From the NCBI GenBank assembly GCA_965226885.1, contig CBDDEL010000016.1:108513-172512 (forward strand): a DNA stretch of 64,000 nucleotides, read 5' to 3'. Shown here one piece after another: positions 55,556 to 63,952 of the stretch. Both the position numbers and the translations under genes were made by a program. The DNA comes from Opitutales bacterium (GTDB lineage Bacteria; Verrucomicrobiota; Verrucomicrobiia; Opitutales; UBA2987). Positions within the stretch are counted from its first letter, which is position 1, and the number at the start of each line of letters is the position of its first letter. The notes below the pieces were generated by a model. It was not told where the DNA came from. It saw only the letters and a list, made by a program, of their open reading frames with translations, and made no database searches.

Positions 55556-56682
55556 CCAAATCGCAAAAGGATTGATAAAGATTAAAAAACAGCTATAAAG
55601 GCGGAATGAGAAGATATATGGGAACCGATGAAGACCGTGAACGTATCAAGAAATTGCTCAACAAAGAGGCTGTCGGCTGGCGTAAAGAGCGTTTGGTGGC
55701 ATTAAAAATGGGCTTCCAGCCGCACCACAGCATTGATGAAATTGGAGCCATCGTGGGCCGAGGCAAAGCGACGATCCAGCGTTGGTTTGACAAATATCGT
55801 GCTGCAGGGCTCGGGGCGGTGCTTACACGCGCCTACAAAGGCGGGATCAAAAGCCGTTGCGACAAAGAGGTGGAGGCCTTCTTGCTCAATGGTTTGAAGG
55901 TCGCGCGCTGGAACACAGCCGTTCAGGCGGGGCAAGAGCTGGAGCGACATTTCGGGCGCTCCTTCGCCTACAAGACGGTGTGGCGATGGCTAAAAAAATG
56001 CGCCGGGGTGCTTCGAGTCCCTCGCCCCGTGCATGAGAAACGGGACTCGGCAAAAGCGGAAGCGTTCAAGCGAGACTTTTTTAAGATCCTCCAGGAGCTT
56101 TCCCTCACCCGAGGCAATCGGGTTCGGGTGTGGTTTGCCGATGAAAGCCGTTTTGGTTTGCTTCCGGTGTACCGCCGGTGCTGGACGCAAAGAGGGCTTC
56201 GGCCGCACAAAAAATATCAGACAAGATACCAGTGGAGCTACTGTTACGGAGCCCTCGACGTGGTCAACGGCGAGATGGTATGCATCCAAACCCCTAGCAC
56301 GAATCTACAGTGGACGGAGGCTTTCCTCCAACAGATCAAAAAGCAATATCCTGAGGAGGAACATGTGGTTGTATGGGACGGGGCAGGCTTCCATCCGCAC
56401 GACTCGGAGCACCCCAACGTCCCCCCGGGCATACATATCGTGAATTTGCCGCCGTATAGTCCTGAACTCAACCCGATTGAAAGACTTTGGGATATGATAC
56501 AGGATCAAACGGCCAACAAACTGTGGCCGAGCATTGAGCGACTCGAAGAAGTCGTCGCAACCCATCTCAAAGACTGGTGGGAGGACACTGAAAAAGTCCT
56601 CTCTTTAGTTGGCGGAGGCTGGCAGCACATTCAAGCAAACGCTTCTGCCAAATAACTTATTATCATACCTAATGAGATTTGG
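55556..56682 (+). mobile_element. IS630/Tc1-mariner-family insertion sequence (1127 bp)
   Basis: Imperfect IRs CCAAATCGCA.../...GAGATTTGG; TA on both sides (55554-55555, 56683-56684). Confidence 0.8.
55606..56655 (+). CDS. IS630-family DDE transposase
   Basis: WFADESRFGL, VVWDGAGFH, LPPYSPELNPIERLW. Confidence 0.88.
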   Translation: MRRYMGTDEDRERIKKLLNKEAVGWRKERLVALKMGFQPHHSIDEIGAIVGRGKATIQRWFDKYRAAGLGAVLTRAYKGGIKSRCDKEVEAFLLNGLKVARWNTAVQAGQELERHFGRSFAYKTVWRWLKKCAGVLRVPRPVHEKRDSAKAEAFKRDFFKILQELSLTRGNRVRVWFADESRFGLLPVYRRCWTQRGLRPHKKYQTRYQWSYCYGALDVVNGEMVCIQTPSTNLQWTEAFLQQIKKQYPEEEHVVVWDGAGFHPHDSEHPNVPPGIHIVNLPPYSPELNPIERLWDMIQDQTANKLWPSIERLEEVVATHLKDWWEDTEKVLSLVGGGWQHIQANASAK

Positions 56683-56960
56683 TATTATTCCCTTTCAGCC
56701 ACTTCCGCAGCAGGAACTATATCCTCTACAAATAGAACAGTAACACTGACTGTTATTGCTGGAAGCTAATCGATTTGAACATGGGGGTGGCGGATTCTGT
56801 CTGCCACCCCTTATTATTTAATCGATATCATGAAGAAGCTAACCTTCATTACCATCTTGATTCTTGCTCTTGCGTGCGAACACCACTGTAAACGCCGGGG
56901 AAAAACCGGTACGGTAAAGAGGGCGCTTTAAAACCGGTACGCTTATCCTAGAAAGGAGGA

Positions 56961-58468
56961 GTGTATCGAGATATGAAGCAATGGACAAGAGTGCGGCACA
57001 AAGTGCTGCGGGACAAGCAGAGCAAGCGCTCTGTAATGCGAGAAGAGGGACTGCACTGGGAGACCCTGGGAAAGATGCTGGCCTATTCCCAGCCGCCGGG
57101 ATACCGGCGCAAGAAGAGGCGAGAGCGCAAGATCGATCCGTATGTGGGCTGGATCGAGGAGGTGCTCAAAGCGGACCGGAACGTGCCCAAGAAGCAGCGC
57201 CATACGGCCAAACGGATCTACCAGCGTTTGGGTCGGGAGAAGGGCTACCAAGGGGGCTACACGGCGGTCAAGGAGGTGGTGGCCGAGCTGCGCGAGCGAG
57301 GCGGCGGGAAGTGTTCGTGCCGCTGGAGCACCGCCCCGGGGAGGGACAGGTGGACTTCGGTCATGCCCTGGTGAAGGAGGCGGGGCAATTGCGTAGGCGG
57401 CCATTTTTTGCCATGAGCCTGCCCTACAGCGATGCCTTTTTCGTGCAGGTGTTCGAACGGGAGTGCACGGAGAGCTTCTGGGAGGGGCACCTGCGAGCTT
57501 TTGAGTTTTTCGGGGCGGTGCCCCGGCGCATCAGCTATGACAACTCGAAGGTGGCGGTGGGTAAGATTATCGGTTCGCGTGAACGCAAGCTGACCGACGG
57601 GTTTCTGCAGCTACAGAGCCATTACCTGTTCGAGGAACACTTCTGTCTGCCCGCCCGGCCCAACGAGAAGGGCGTGGTCGAGGGGATCGTGCGTTATGCC
57701 CGGGCCAACTTCCTGGTACCGGTACCGCAGGTTCGGGACCTGGAGGAACTCAACGCAAAGCTGTTGGAGGCATGTGAGCGGGACATGGAGCGTAAATTAC
57801 GCGGGAAAAGGGCGGTGAAAAAGGAACTGCTGGCCGAGGAGCGCGCCGTCATGCTGGCGTTGCCGCCCATACCCTTTGAAGCGAGCCGCAAACGCTCGAC
57901 CTGCGTCAGCAGCCTCTCGCTGGTGCGCTTCGAGTGCAACGACTATTCGGTGCCGGTGCGCTGCGCCCACCATCCGGTGGTGGTGGAAGGGTCCTGTCGG
58001 CAGGTGGTGATCTTCTGTGGGGGCCAAGAGGTGGCCCGGCACCGCCGCATTTGGGATAAAGAGCAAGTCTCTTTCGAGCCGGTGCACTACCTGGCTTTGC
58101 TGGAGAAAAAACCGGGCGCTTTGGACTTCGCCCGCCCACTCTCGGGCTGGCAGTTGCCGCAGTGCCTGCAGGTCCTCAGACGCCGGCTCGAAAGCCAATG
58201 CGGGGGCGAAGGCACCCGGGAGTATATCCGGGTGCTGCGGCTGTTGGAGAAACACCCCATGGCGGCCTTGCAGCAGGCCGTCGTCTCGGCCCTGCGGGTG
58301 GGGGGACTGACTCGTGAGGCCATCGCCCAGTATCTCTATCCTCAGGAAGACTACGGGAGCAGAACCTTCCGGCTGGACGGCCATCCACACCTGCGTCACG
58401 TCCGTGTGGCCGCCCCTGACCTCGGTGCCTACAGCGAACTGCTCAAGATTCCAGGAGGGGCTTTATGA
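56961..58468 (+). pseudogene. istA: IS21 transposase IstA, frameshifted by 2-bp insertion
   Basis: GAGCTGCGCGAGCGAGG here versus GAGCTGCGAGCGAGG in copy 1; splits ORF at codon about 110. Confidence 0.85.
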
Positions 58469-59232
58469 AGGAAGAAAAAAACCAGCTGCTGTTACACCAT
58501 CACCTCAAGAAACTGAAGTTGCCCACCATCCTGCGCGAATGGCCGGCGGTGGCCGCGGCTTGTTCCCGGGACCGGCTCGATTACGCCGCCTTTTTGTTGC
58601 ATCTGGTCGAACGGGAGCTCATTGAACGCGAACAGCGGGCCGCCCAGCGGCGGATCAAAAACGGCCGTTTCCCCGTGCTCAAGACCCTCGAGAGCTTCGC
58701 CTTTGAAGCGCAGCCCTCGATCAACGAAGCGCTCATCCGAGAGCTCATGCGCGGGGAGTATGTCGACCAGCGCGAAAACGTGCTGCTCCTCGGTAACGCC
58801 GGTACCGGTAAAACGCACCTGGCCACCGCCCTGGGCTTTGCCGCCTGTGCCCAGGGCCGGCGGATCCGTTTCTTCGGGGTCACCGCCCTGGTTACCCATA
58901 TGCTCGAGCAACGCGACAACCACGACCTGCAGCGCTTCATGAAGCAACTCGAAAGGCTCGACCTACTCATCCTCGACGAACTCGGTTACGTCCCTTTTTC
59001 CAAGACCGGTTCCGAACTGCTCTTCGACGTGGTCAGCCGCGCTTACGAGCGCACCAGTCTCATCGTCACCACCAACCTGCCCTTTGAGAACTGGATCGAA
59101 GTGCTCGGTTCCGAACGGCTCACCGGAGCTCTGCTGGACCGACTCACCCATCGGGTGCATATCCTCGAAGCCAACGGGCAAAGCTACCGCTTGCGCGATG
59201 CTCGACGCCGTCGCCGTGGCACAAAACAATAA
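58465..59232 (+). CDS. istB: IS21 helper ATPase IstB
   Basis: 255 aa, four substitutions versus copy 1. Confidence 0.88.
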   Translation: MKEEKNQLLLHHHLKKLKLPTILREWPAVAAACSRDRLDYAAFLLHLVERELIEREQRAAQRRIKNGRFPVLKTLESFAFEAQPSINEALIRELMRGEYVDQRENVLLLGNAGTGKTHLATALGFAACAQGRRIRFFGVTALVTHMLEQRDNHDLQRFMKQLERLDLLILDELGYVPFSKTGSELLFDVVSRAYERTSLIVTTNLPFENWIEVLGSERLTGALLDRLTHRVHILEANGQSYRLRDARRRRRGTKQ

Positions 59233-59540
59233 ACGCCTTGGGCCCGGCTCGTCGGCCTCCGGCCTCCTCACCGACCCCAAGCCAATCCCCAAAACCAACT
59301 CCCAAACCCTAAACCTTGACGTACCTGCAATTACTAACCTAGACCTTATTCCAAGCGTACCGGTTTTACCCCGACCCCCGTACCGGTTTCATCCCGGCGT
59401 TTACACACCACGCAGCAGACATATCCTCGATTGGTGATTGGACTGAAAACATTGACTCCCTTGATTTAATTGCTGGTGCCGGAAGCGATCTTATAAACCT
59501 GCACGAAAGTGAAATGGACGGGGAAAACTGGACAGTGGAA

Positions 59541-59578
59541 TAAGGTGGTCTTGAACCACTAAGGTGGTCTTGAACCAC
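59541..59578 (+). repeat. 19-bp tandem duplication TAAGGTGGTCTTGAACCAC x2 in IS3b left end
   Basis: Two perfect units; the unit contains the TAAGGTGG part of the terminal repeat. Confidence 0.9.
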
Positions 59579-59593
59579 TAAATCCGCTAACCT

Positions 59594-59899
59594 ATGAATG
59601 TTATTAAATCACGAAAGAGAAGACAATACAGTGCTGAGTTTAAAGCCCGAGTGGCCCTGGAAGCCATCAGGGGCGCTCATACCATCAACGAGATCGCCGG
59701 TCGTTTTGAGGTGCATCCCAACCAGGTGACCCAATGGAAGAAGCAGCTTTTGCAGGGAGCAACGGAGCTGTTTTCGCGCCAGCGGCAGACTCTCAGCAAG
59801 GACAACGAGACGGAAAAAGATCACCTTTACCAGGAGATTGGAAAGCTGAAAGTAGAATGCGATTGGCTAAAAAAAAAGTCTGAACAATTCGGTTGGTGA
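59594..59899 (+). CDS. IS3-family transposase OrfA
   Basis: RRQYSAEFKARVALEAIRGAHTINEIAGRFEVHPNQVTQWKKQL. Confidence 0.85.
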   Translation: MNVIKSRKRRQYSAEFKARVALEAIRGAHTINEIAGRFEVHPNQVTQWKKQLLQGATELFSRQRQTLSKDNETEKDHLYQEIGKLKVECDWLKKKSEQFGW

Positions 59900-60773
59900 G
59901 AGGCGCAAGATGGTGCAACCACTTCAAGGAAAAATCAGTATCGGCAGGCAATGTCAGTTGCTGGGGCTGGCCCGCGGCAGCTATTACTATCGGGCCCGTG
60001 CCCAGTGCGAGCAGAACGTTCTCTACATGCATCGCATGGATGAGCTCTACACCCAATATCCGTTTTTTGGTTCTCGCCGGATGACCCAGTGGCTGCGTCG
60101 AGAGGGCCATGCAGTGGGACGAGGCCGCATCCAGCGGCTCATGCGCCAAATGGGCCTGGAGGCTATTTATCCGCGTCGAAACTTGAGCCAGGGGCACCGG
60201 CAGCACCGCATTTTCCCTTATCTGCTGCGGGGTTTGGCGGTCGAGCGGCCCGACCAGGTATGGTGCAGCGACATCACTTACCTGCGGCTGAGCCGAGGAT
60301 TCCTTTTCTTGACCGTGGTGTTGGACTGGTTCAGCCGCTACGTGTTGAGCTGGCAGCTTTCCAACACCCTGGAGAGCCGCTTCTGTGTGCTCGCCCTGGA
60401 GGAAGCTCTGAGGCGGGCCCAACCTCAAATCTTCAACACCGATCAAGGCAGCCAGTTTACCGGCAGCGAGTTCACCTCGGTGCTGGGGCAAGCCGGGGTG
60501 CGCATCAGCATGGACGGGCGTGGCCGCTACCTGGACAACATATTTGTTGAACGCTTTTGGAGAACCCTCAAGTATGAAGACATTTACCTGCGCGAATACG
60601 CCACGGCAAAGGAAGCCAGCGAAGGGATAGCCCGCTACCTGGACTTCTACAACCACCTGCGCCCCCACCAAGCCCTGGGCTACCGGACCCCGGCCGAAGT
60701 CCATGCAATCGGAGCAAAACCAACCTCCCCGCCAATACAGCTTGCGGGCACCTGCGTGCCCGTCTTTGGCTAA
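59871..60773 (+). CDS. IS3-family transposase OrfB frame (open from inside the A9 run; first ATG 59910)
   Basis: VWCSDITYLRL, FNTDQGSQFTG, DNIFVERFWRTLKYE; frame is +1 relative to orfA. Confidence 0.82.
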   Translation, partial: KKSLNNSVGERRKMVQPLQGKISIGRQCQLLGLARGSYYYRARAQCEQNVLYMHRMDELYTQYPFFGSRRMTQWLRREGHAVGRGRIQRLMRQMGLEAIYPRRNLSQGHRQHRIFPYLLRGLAVERPDQVWCSDITYLRLSRGFLFLTVVLDWFSRYVLSWQLSNTLESRFCVLALEEALRRAQPQIFNTDQGSQFTGSEFTSVLGQAGVRISMDGRGRYLDNIFVERFWRTLKYEDIYLREYATAKEASEGIARYLDFYNHLRPHQALGYRTPAEVHAIGAKPTSPPIQLAGTCVPVFG

Positions 60774-60842
60774 GGACAAAATATATTTTTAAAAAATAAT
60801 ATGAACACGATTTCCACCTTAATCCCACGTCAAAATTGTCCA

Positions 60843-61177
60843 AACAACCCCGTCCACTTCAAAGTTCAACAAATGTAACAGTCTTAACAATAACAAACGT
60901 GCCGGCACGCGGCGCGTGGCAATTAAATGCAAAAAGATCTGACAGCCTTTGGGATGGGGATTATTCTATTTTTATAAAGAGAACCTCTGACGAAACTGGT
61001 CCCGGAACTATTTCAGGAGGCAGTGCTTACGTTGAATTATCTACATTTGATACACAAATCTTTACAGGGACAGATAACCGTAGCGACATTTCAATTCAAT
61101 ACAAATTGACCGGCATGTCAAAAAACATATCTCCAGACACTTATATAACTTCTGTAATCGTTACAGTGATCGAGTAG
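60843..61177 (+). pseudogene. 3' fragment of a secreted beta-strand subunit-like gene
   Basis: No start outside IS3b; ...NRSDISIQYKLTGMSKNISPDTYITSVIVTVIE*; not in frame with the 59412-59528 fragment. Confidence 0.4.
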
Positions 61178-61186
61178 AAAATCGAA

Positions 61187-61438
61187 ATGAAAACCTTTCT
61201 TTGTTACCTATTTCCAATTCTCTTTTTCAATAGCTCTCTTATGGCTGGGATTGTAGTTGCGGGCAGTCTCGTACGAACAAAGGGCGTTAACCCGGGAGAA
61301 TCTTATCAAGGTATTATTTCTTTACAGAATACCGACGAAACCACAGCTGAAGTAAGAATTTACATGACAGAATACTTGTTTTACTCAGATGGAAGCAATC
61401 TTTTTGGTGAGTCGGGAAGTCATGATCGATCCAATACA
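61187..61438 (+). pseudogene. 5' fragment of a signal-peptide protein (chaperone-like beta pattern), truncated by IS1-like element
   Basis: MKTFLCYLFPILFFNSSLMAG...VRTKGVNPGESYQGIISLQNTDETTAEVRIYM; IS end GGTAGTGTT begins at 61439. Confidence 0.45.
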
Positions 61439-61465
61439 GGTAGTGTTAACATTTTGGGTAGTGTA

Positions 61466-61846
61466 TTAAGTAGGAATGGTGGCTAATTCTTGATTATATT
61501 GATGAATGAAAAGTCTCAGACAGGTTTCATGCATACTCTTAAGCTTGGAAAAGGAGAGGGTTTTGCGTGTGAAACGACCCAGTCGTTGGCGCAGGGTATT
61601 GTTCCATCGTTCCACATGGGCCGTTTCACCGGTTTCTTTTCCCACGGATCGGTTATGAGGAAAGACTTCATCATAAGTGCTCCAAAAGTCGCTGTAGGTG
61701 GCACTTCTTTTGTAGGCCCGTGGCAGACGCTCGTAAAGTTCCCGGCAACGATACCAATCCTGAGGCCCAATGGCATAGGAGAGGATTTGACGGGTGCGTC
61801 GGCAAAGAGCGATCCAAACCCATTGGGCATCGCTCTTGCGCCCCAC
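61466..61846 (-). CDS. insB: IS1 InsB-like transposase frame (listed ORF part)
   Basis: Two substitutions versus copy 1; same T8/A8 run (61931-61938) and same +1 arrangement. Confidence 0.8.
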   Translation of the reverse strand: MGRKSDAQWVWIALCRRTRQILSYAIGPQDWYRCRELYERLPRAYKRSATYSDFWSTYDEVFPHNRSVGKETGETAHVERWNNTLRQRLGRFTRKTLSFSKLKSMHETCLRLFIHQYNQELATIPT

Positions 61847-61877
61847 AAAAGACCACAGTTCGTCCAGTTCAATGACA

Positions 61878-62183
61878 TCATGGCGGCGGGCCGCAAGAAT
61901 CGTGCTTTTGAGCGGTCGCAGCGATTGTCGTTTTTTTTAACCAACTCAAAGCGGTGTTGGGACTCACCCCGAAGGCGCGCTGTAAACCGCGTAGACTGCT
62001 GCGTTCCTGATAGACTCGAAGGATCATTTCTTTTTGCTCTTCGGTGTATTTCACTGTGGGGTTTTCGCGGCTTTGTTTACCACAATCATGGCAGCGGTAG
62101 CGCTGTTTATGGTTGGGCGTCTTGCCAAATTTAATGATATTTTCACTTCCACAGTGCCGACAATTAATAATTTTAGTAACCAT
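61878..62183 (-). CDS. insA: IS1 InsA-like zinc-finger protein
   Basis: One substitution versus copy 1 (NTALSW). Confidence 0.85.
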   Translation of the reverse strand: MVTKIINCRHCGSENIIKFGKTPNHKQRYRCHDCGKQSRENPTVKYTEEQKEMILRVYQERSSLRGLQRAFGVSPNTALSWLKKTTIAATAQKHDSCGPPP

Positions 62184-62312
62184 GCACTAAGAATAAACTG
62201 CCTAACGCTATTTGTACAGCTAAAAATACAAAATAACATTCTTTTTTTATACACTACCACATTTTGAATGTTTAAGCTGTACTTTTTAGCGTGATTATGT
62301 TGTGAACTGGGA

Positions 62313-62616
62313 ATGGTCCATATCACAGTAAAATGTCCTCAATGCGGAAGCGATCACATCATCAAGCACGGCAAGGATCCGAAAGGGGTTCAGAAGTATC
62401 GATGCAAGGGGTGTGGTATCGATGCAAGGGGTGTGGTATCGATGCAAGGGGTGTGGTTATCAGTTTCGGCTTCACCCCAAAAGTCGTGAGCATCCTCCGG
62501 CGCTGGTCAAGCAGGTGCTCCGTGCGCACCAAAACCGGATGAGCCTGCGTGCCATTTACCGTACCTTCGGGGTAGCCCCAAAGACGGTCATCGAATGGAT
62601 TAAAAAAAAGTCCTGA
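62313..62616 (+). pseudogene. insA: insA of IS1-like type b, frameshifted by 20-bp triplication
   Basis: MVHITVKCPQCGSDHIIKHGKDPKGVQKYRCKGCG... resumes YQFRLHPKS...IEWIKKKS* only if 40 extra bp are removed. Confidence 0.75.
62397..62456 (+). repeat. 20-bp tandem repeat TATCGATGCAAGGGGTGTGG x3
   Basis: Three perfect contiguous units inside the second CxxC zinc-finger codons. Confidence 0.92.
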
Positions 62617-62726
62617 GTTTGCCGAAGCTGGAGTCCACTCTGCTTGCCCGCCAGTGTAGTGATTGACGTGTACTGGATTTGTTGGACACGGGATTCTCTT
62701 ATATTCATTGTTTATTGATTAGTGTG

Positions 62727-63644
62727 TCAGGCGGCTTGTTTTGGTAAAGGGTTTTGTTTTCTCGTTGCCCCCCATGGGGGGCAAATATTTTCCTCGAATT
62801 GGACTGGGCTTTGGTAACTCAGAGAGGAATGTTTGCGATATCGGTTGTAGAAGATTTCCACGTATTCGAAGACAGTTGATCGCAGTTCGCGCTCGTCGGC
62901 AAAGTGGCGGCCTCGAATCGTGCTGGTCTTGAAGCGGCCGTAGAACGATTCCATGGCCGCGTTGTCGTAGCAGTTGCCTTGGGCGCTCATGCTCGGCTTC
63001 ATGCCTAGTTCAGAGACCAGCCTCTGATAGTCGTCGCTGGCGTAGGGGCTGCCCCGATCGCTGTGATGAATAATCCCGGTGCGCAGTGTGCCGCGGGTCA
63101 TGGCCGCGGCTTTGAGGGCCTTGCCAACCAGCTTCGCGTCGTTGTGGTTGGAAACGCTCCAGCCCAGCAGGCGTCGGCTGAACAGGTCCATCACCGTGGC
63201 CAAGTACATCCAACCGGCCAGGGTCCGTAGGTAGGTCGTGTCCGCCACCCAGACCTCGTCGATATGGGTCGGCTGGCCATGCTTTTTAAGCACATTGGGG
63301 CTGTAACCATAGGGATGGTTACTGTTGGTTTTTAATGGCTTAAAGCGTTTACTCTGGGTGCTTTTGATTCCCATTTCACGCATCAGACGCAGAGCCCGGT
63401 CACGGCCGCAATCGATGCCCTCATCATCCTTCAGATGGCGGTGCATTGGCCGATGCCCATAGCGGCCCTTGGCCTCTTTGTGTACCTTCAGGATCGCCCC
63501 CTTGATTCCCTCGTCCTCGATCCGCCGGGCCGAGGGCGCTCGGTGCCTCCAGCAGTAATAGCCACTGCGACAAATCCCCATCGCCGAGCATATTTCCTCG
63601 ATCTTGAAGCGCCCCTCGTTGTCTTTGACAAACTGGTACTTCAT
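62727..63644 (-). CDS. IS3-family transposase OrfB
   Basis: One substitution versus copy 1 (GSPYASDDY). Confidence 0.85.
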   Translation of the reverse strand: MKYQFVKDNEGRFKIEEICSAMGICRSGYYCWRHRAPSARRIEDEGIKGAILKVHKEAKGRYGHRPMHRHLKDDEGIDCGRDRALRLMREMGIKSTQSKRFKPLKTNSNHPYGYSPNVLKKHGQPTHIDEVWVADTTYLRTLAGWMYLATVMDLFSRRLLGWSVSNHNDAKLVGKALKAAAMTRGTLRTGIIHHSDRGSPYASDDYQRLVSELGMKPSMSAQGNCYDNAAMESFYGRFKTSTIRGRHFADERELRSTVFEYVEIFYNRYRKHSSLSYQSPVQFEENICPPWGATRKQNPLPKQAA

Positions 63645-63952
63645 TGTTCGTCCTTGGCAAAGTAGCCCACCGTTTTTTTTAGTATCTGGTTGATCCGCTC
63701 CGAGCGGCGCAGCTCTTTGCGAAGACGATCTATCTCGGCCGCCATCTCCTTCGGACTGCTCTGTCGCTTTGAGGTGGCTTCGCCCTGCTGATCGTCCAGA
63801 TAGAGCCTCTTCCACCTATACAATTGGTTGGTGTTGACCCCAAGTTTGGTCGATACCTCGGTGGCGCTCAGACCATCGAGTATCATCAGTTGAACTGCCT
63901 CATTTTTGAACTCTATACTAAAGCGTCTTCTTCCCATGCTTCGATTCTCCAT
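63641..63952 (-). CDS. IS3-family transposase OrfA
   Basis: Identical to copy 1 OrfA; T8 run at 63673-63680. Confidence 0.85.
   Translation of the reverse strand: MENRSMGRRRFSIEFKNEAVQLMILDGLSATEVSTKLGVNTNQLYRWKRLYLDDQQGEATSKRQSSPKEMAAEIDRLRKELRRSERINQILKKTVGYFAKDEQ

Larger units (their letters stand above)
53506..56769 (+). pseudogene. secreted Thr/Ser-rich beta-strand protein gene shredded by IS1380 and IS630 (host parts 53506-53915, 55487-55553, 56686-56769)
   Basis: Signal-like N-terminus; TTYSITTNESTRKITAAIDVAMPSGTTLTANL; parts lie in different frames; last part ends NRTVTLTVIAGS*. Confidence 0.5.
56887..59405 (+). mobile_element. IS21-family insertion sequence, copy 2 (2519 bp)
   Basis: Same IRs as copy 1; 6-bp direct repeat CACCAC at 56881-56886 and 59406-59411. 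Confidence 0.88.
56830..59528 (+). pseudogene. small signal-peptide protein gene split by IS21 and cut by IS3b (host parts 56830-56886, 59412-59528)
   Basis: MKKLTFITILILALACEHH | AADISSIGDWTENIDSLDLIAGAGSDL... joins in frame once IS21 and one CACCAC are removed. Confidence 0.45.
59529..60842 (+). mobile_element. IS3-family insertion sequence, type b (1314 bp)
   Basis: Ends TGGACA.../...TGTCCA with internal GTGGxATxAAGGTGG match; AAC direct repeat at 59526-59528 and 60843-60845. Confidence 0.8.
61457..62258 (-). mobile_element. IS1-family insertion sequence, copy 2 (802 bp)
   Basis: Same IRs as copy 1; 8-bp direct repeat ACATTTTG at 61449-61456 and 62259-62266. Confidence 0.88.
61439..62663 (+). 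mobile_element. older IS1-like element (type b) remnant, carrying a nested IS1 and truncated by IS3a
   Basis: Left end GGTAGTGTTAACATTTTGAATGTTTAAGCTGTAC resembles the IS1 left end; insA-like gene at 62313-62616; right part missing. Confidence 0.7.

Noticed and set aside
47484-59405. Inverted IS21 pair as a composite transposon carrying the PQQ dehydrogenase and AKR genes
   Set aside because: Copy 2 carries its own 6-bp duplication on both of its sides, so it inserted alone. The outer flanks of the pair show no shared duplication.
59793-60779. 328-aa ORF antisense to IS3b orfB
   Set aside because: It overlaps the DDE transposase frame completely and has no recognisable domain.
62397-62456. 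Possible CRISPR-like repeat
   Set aside because: The units are contiguous with no spacers. There are only three units, they lie inside a coding frame, and no cas genes are present.
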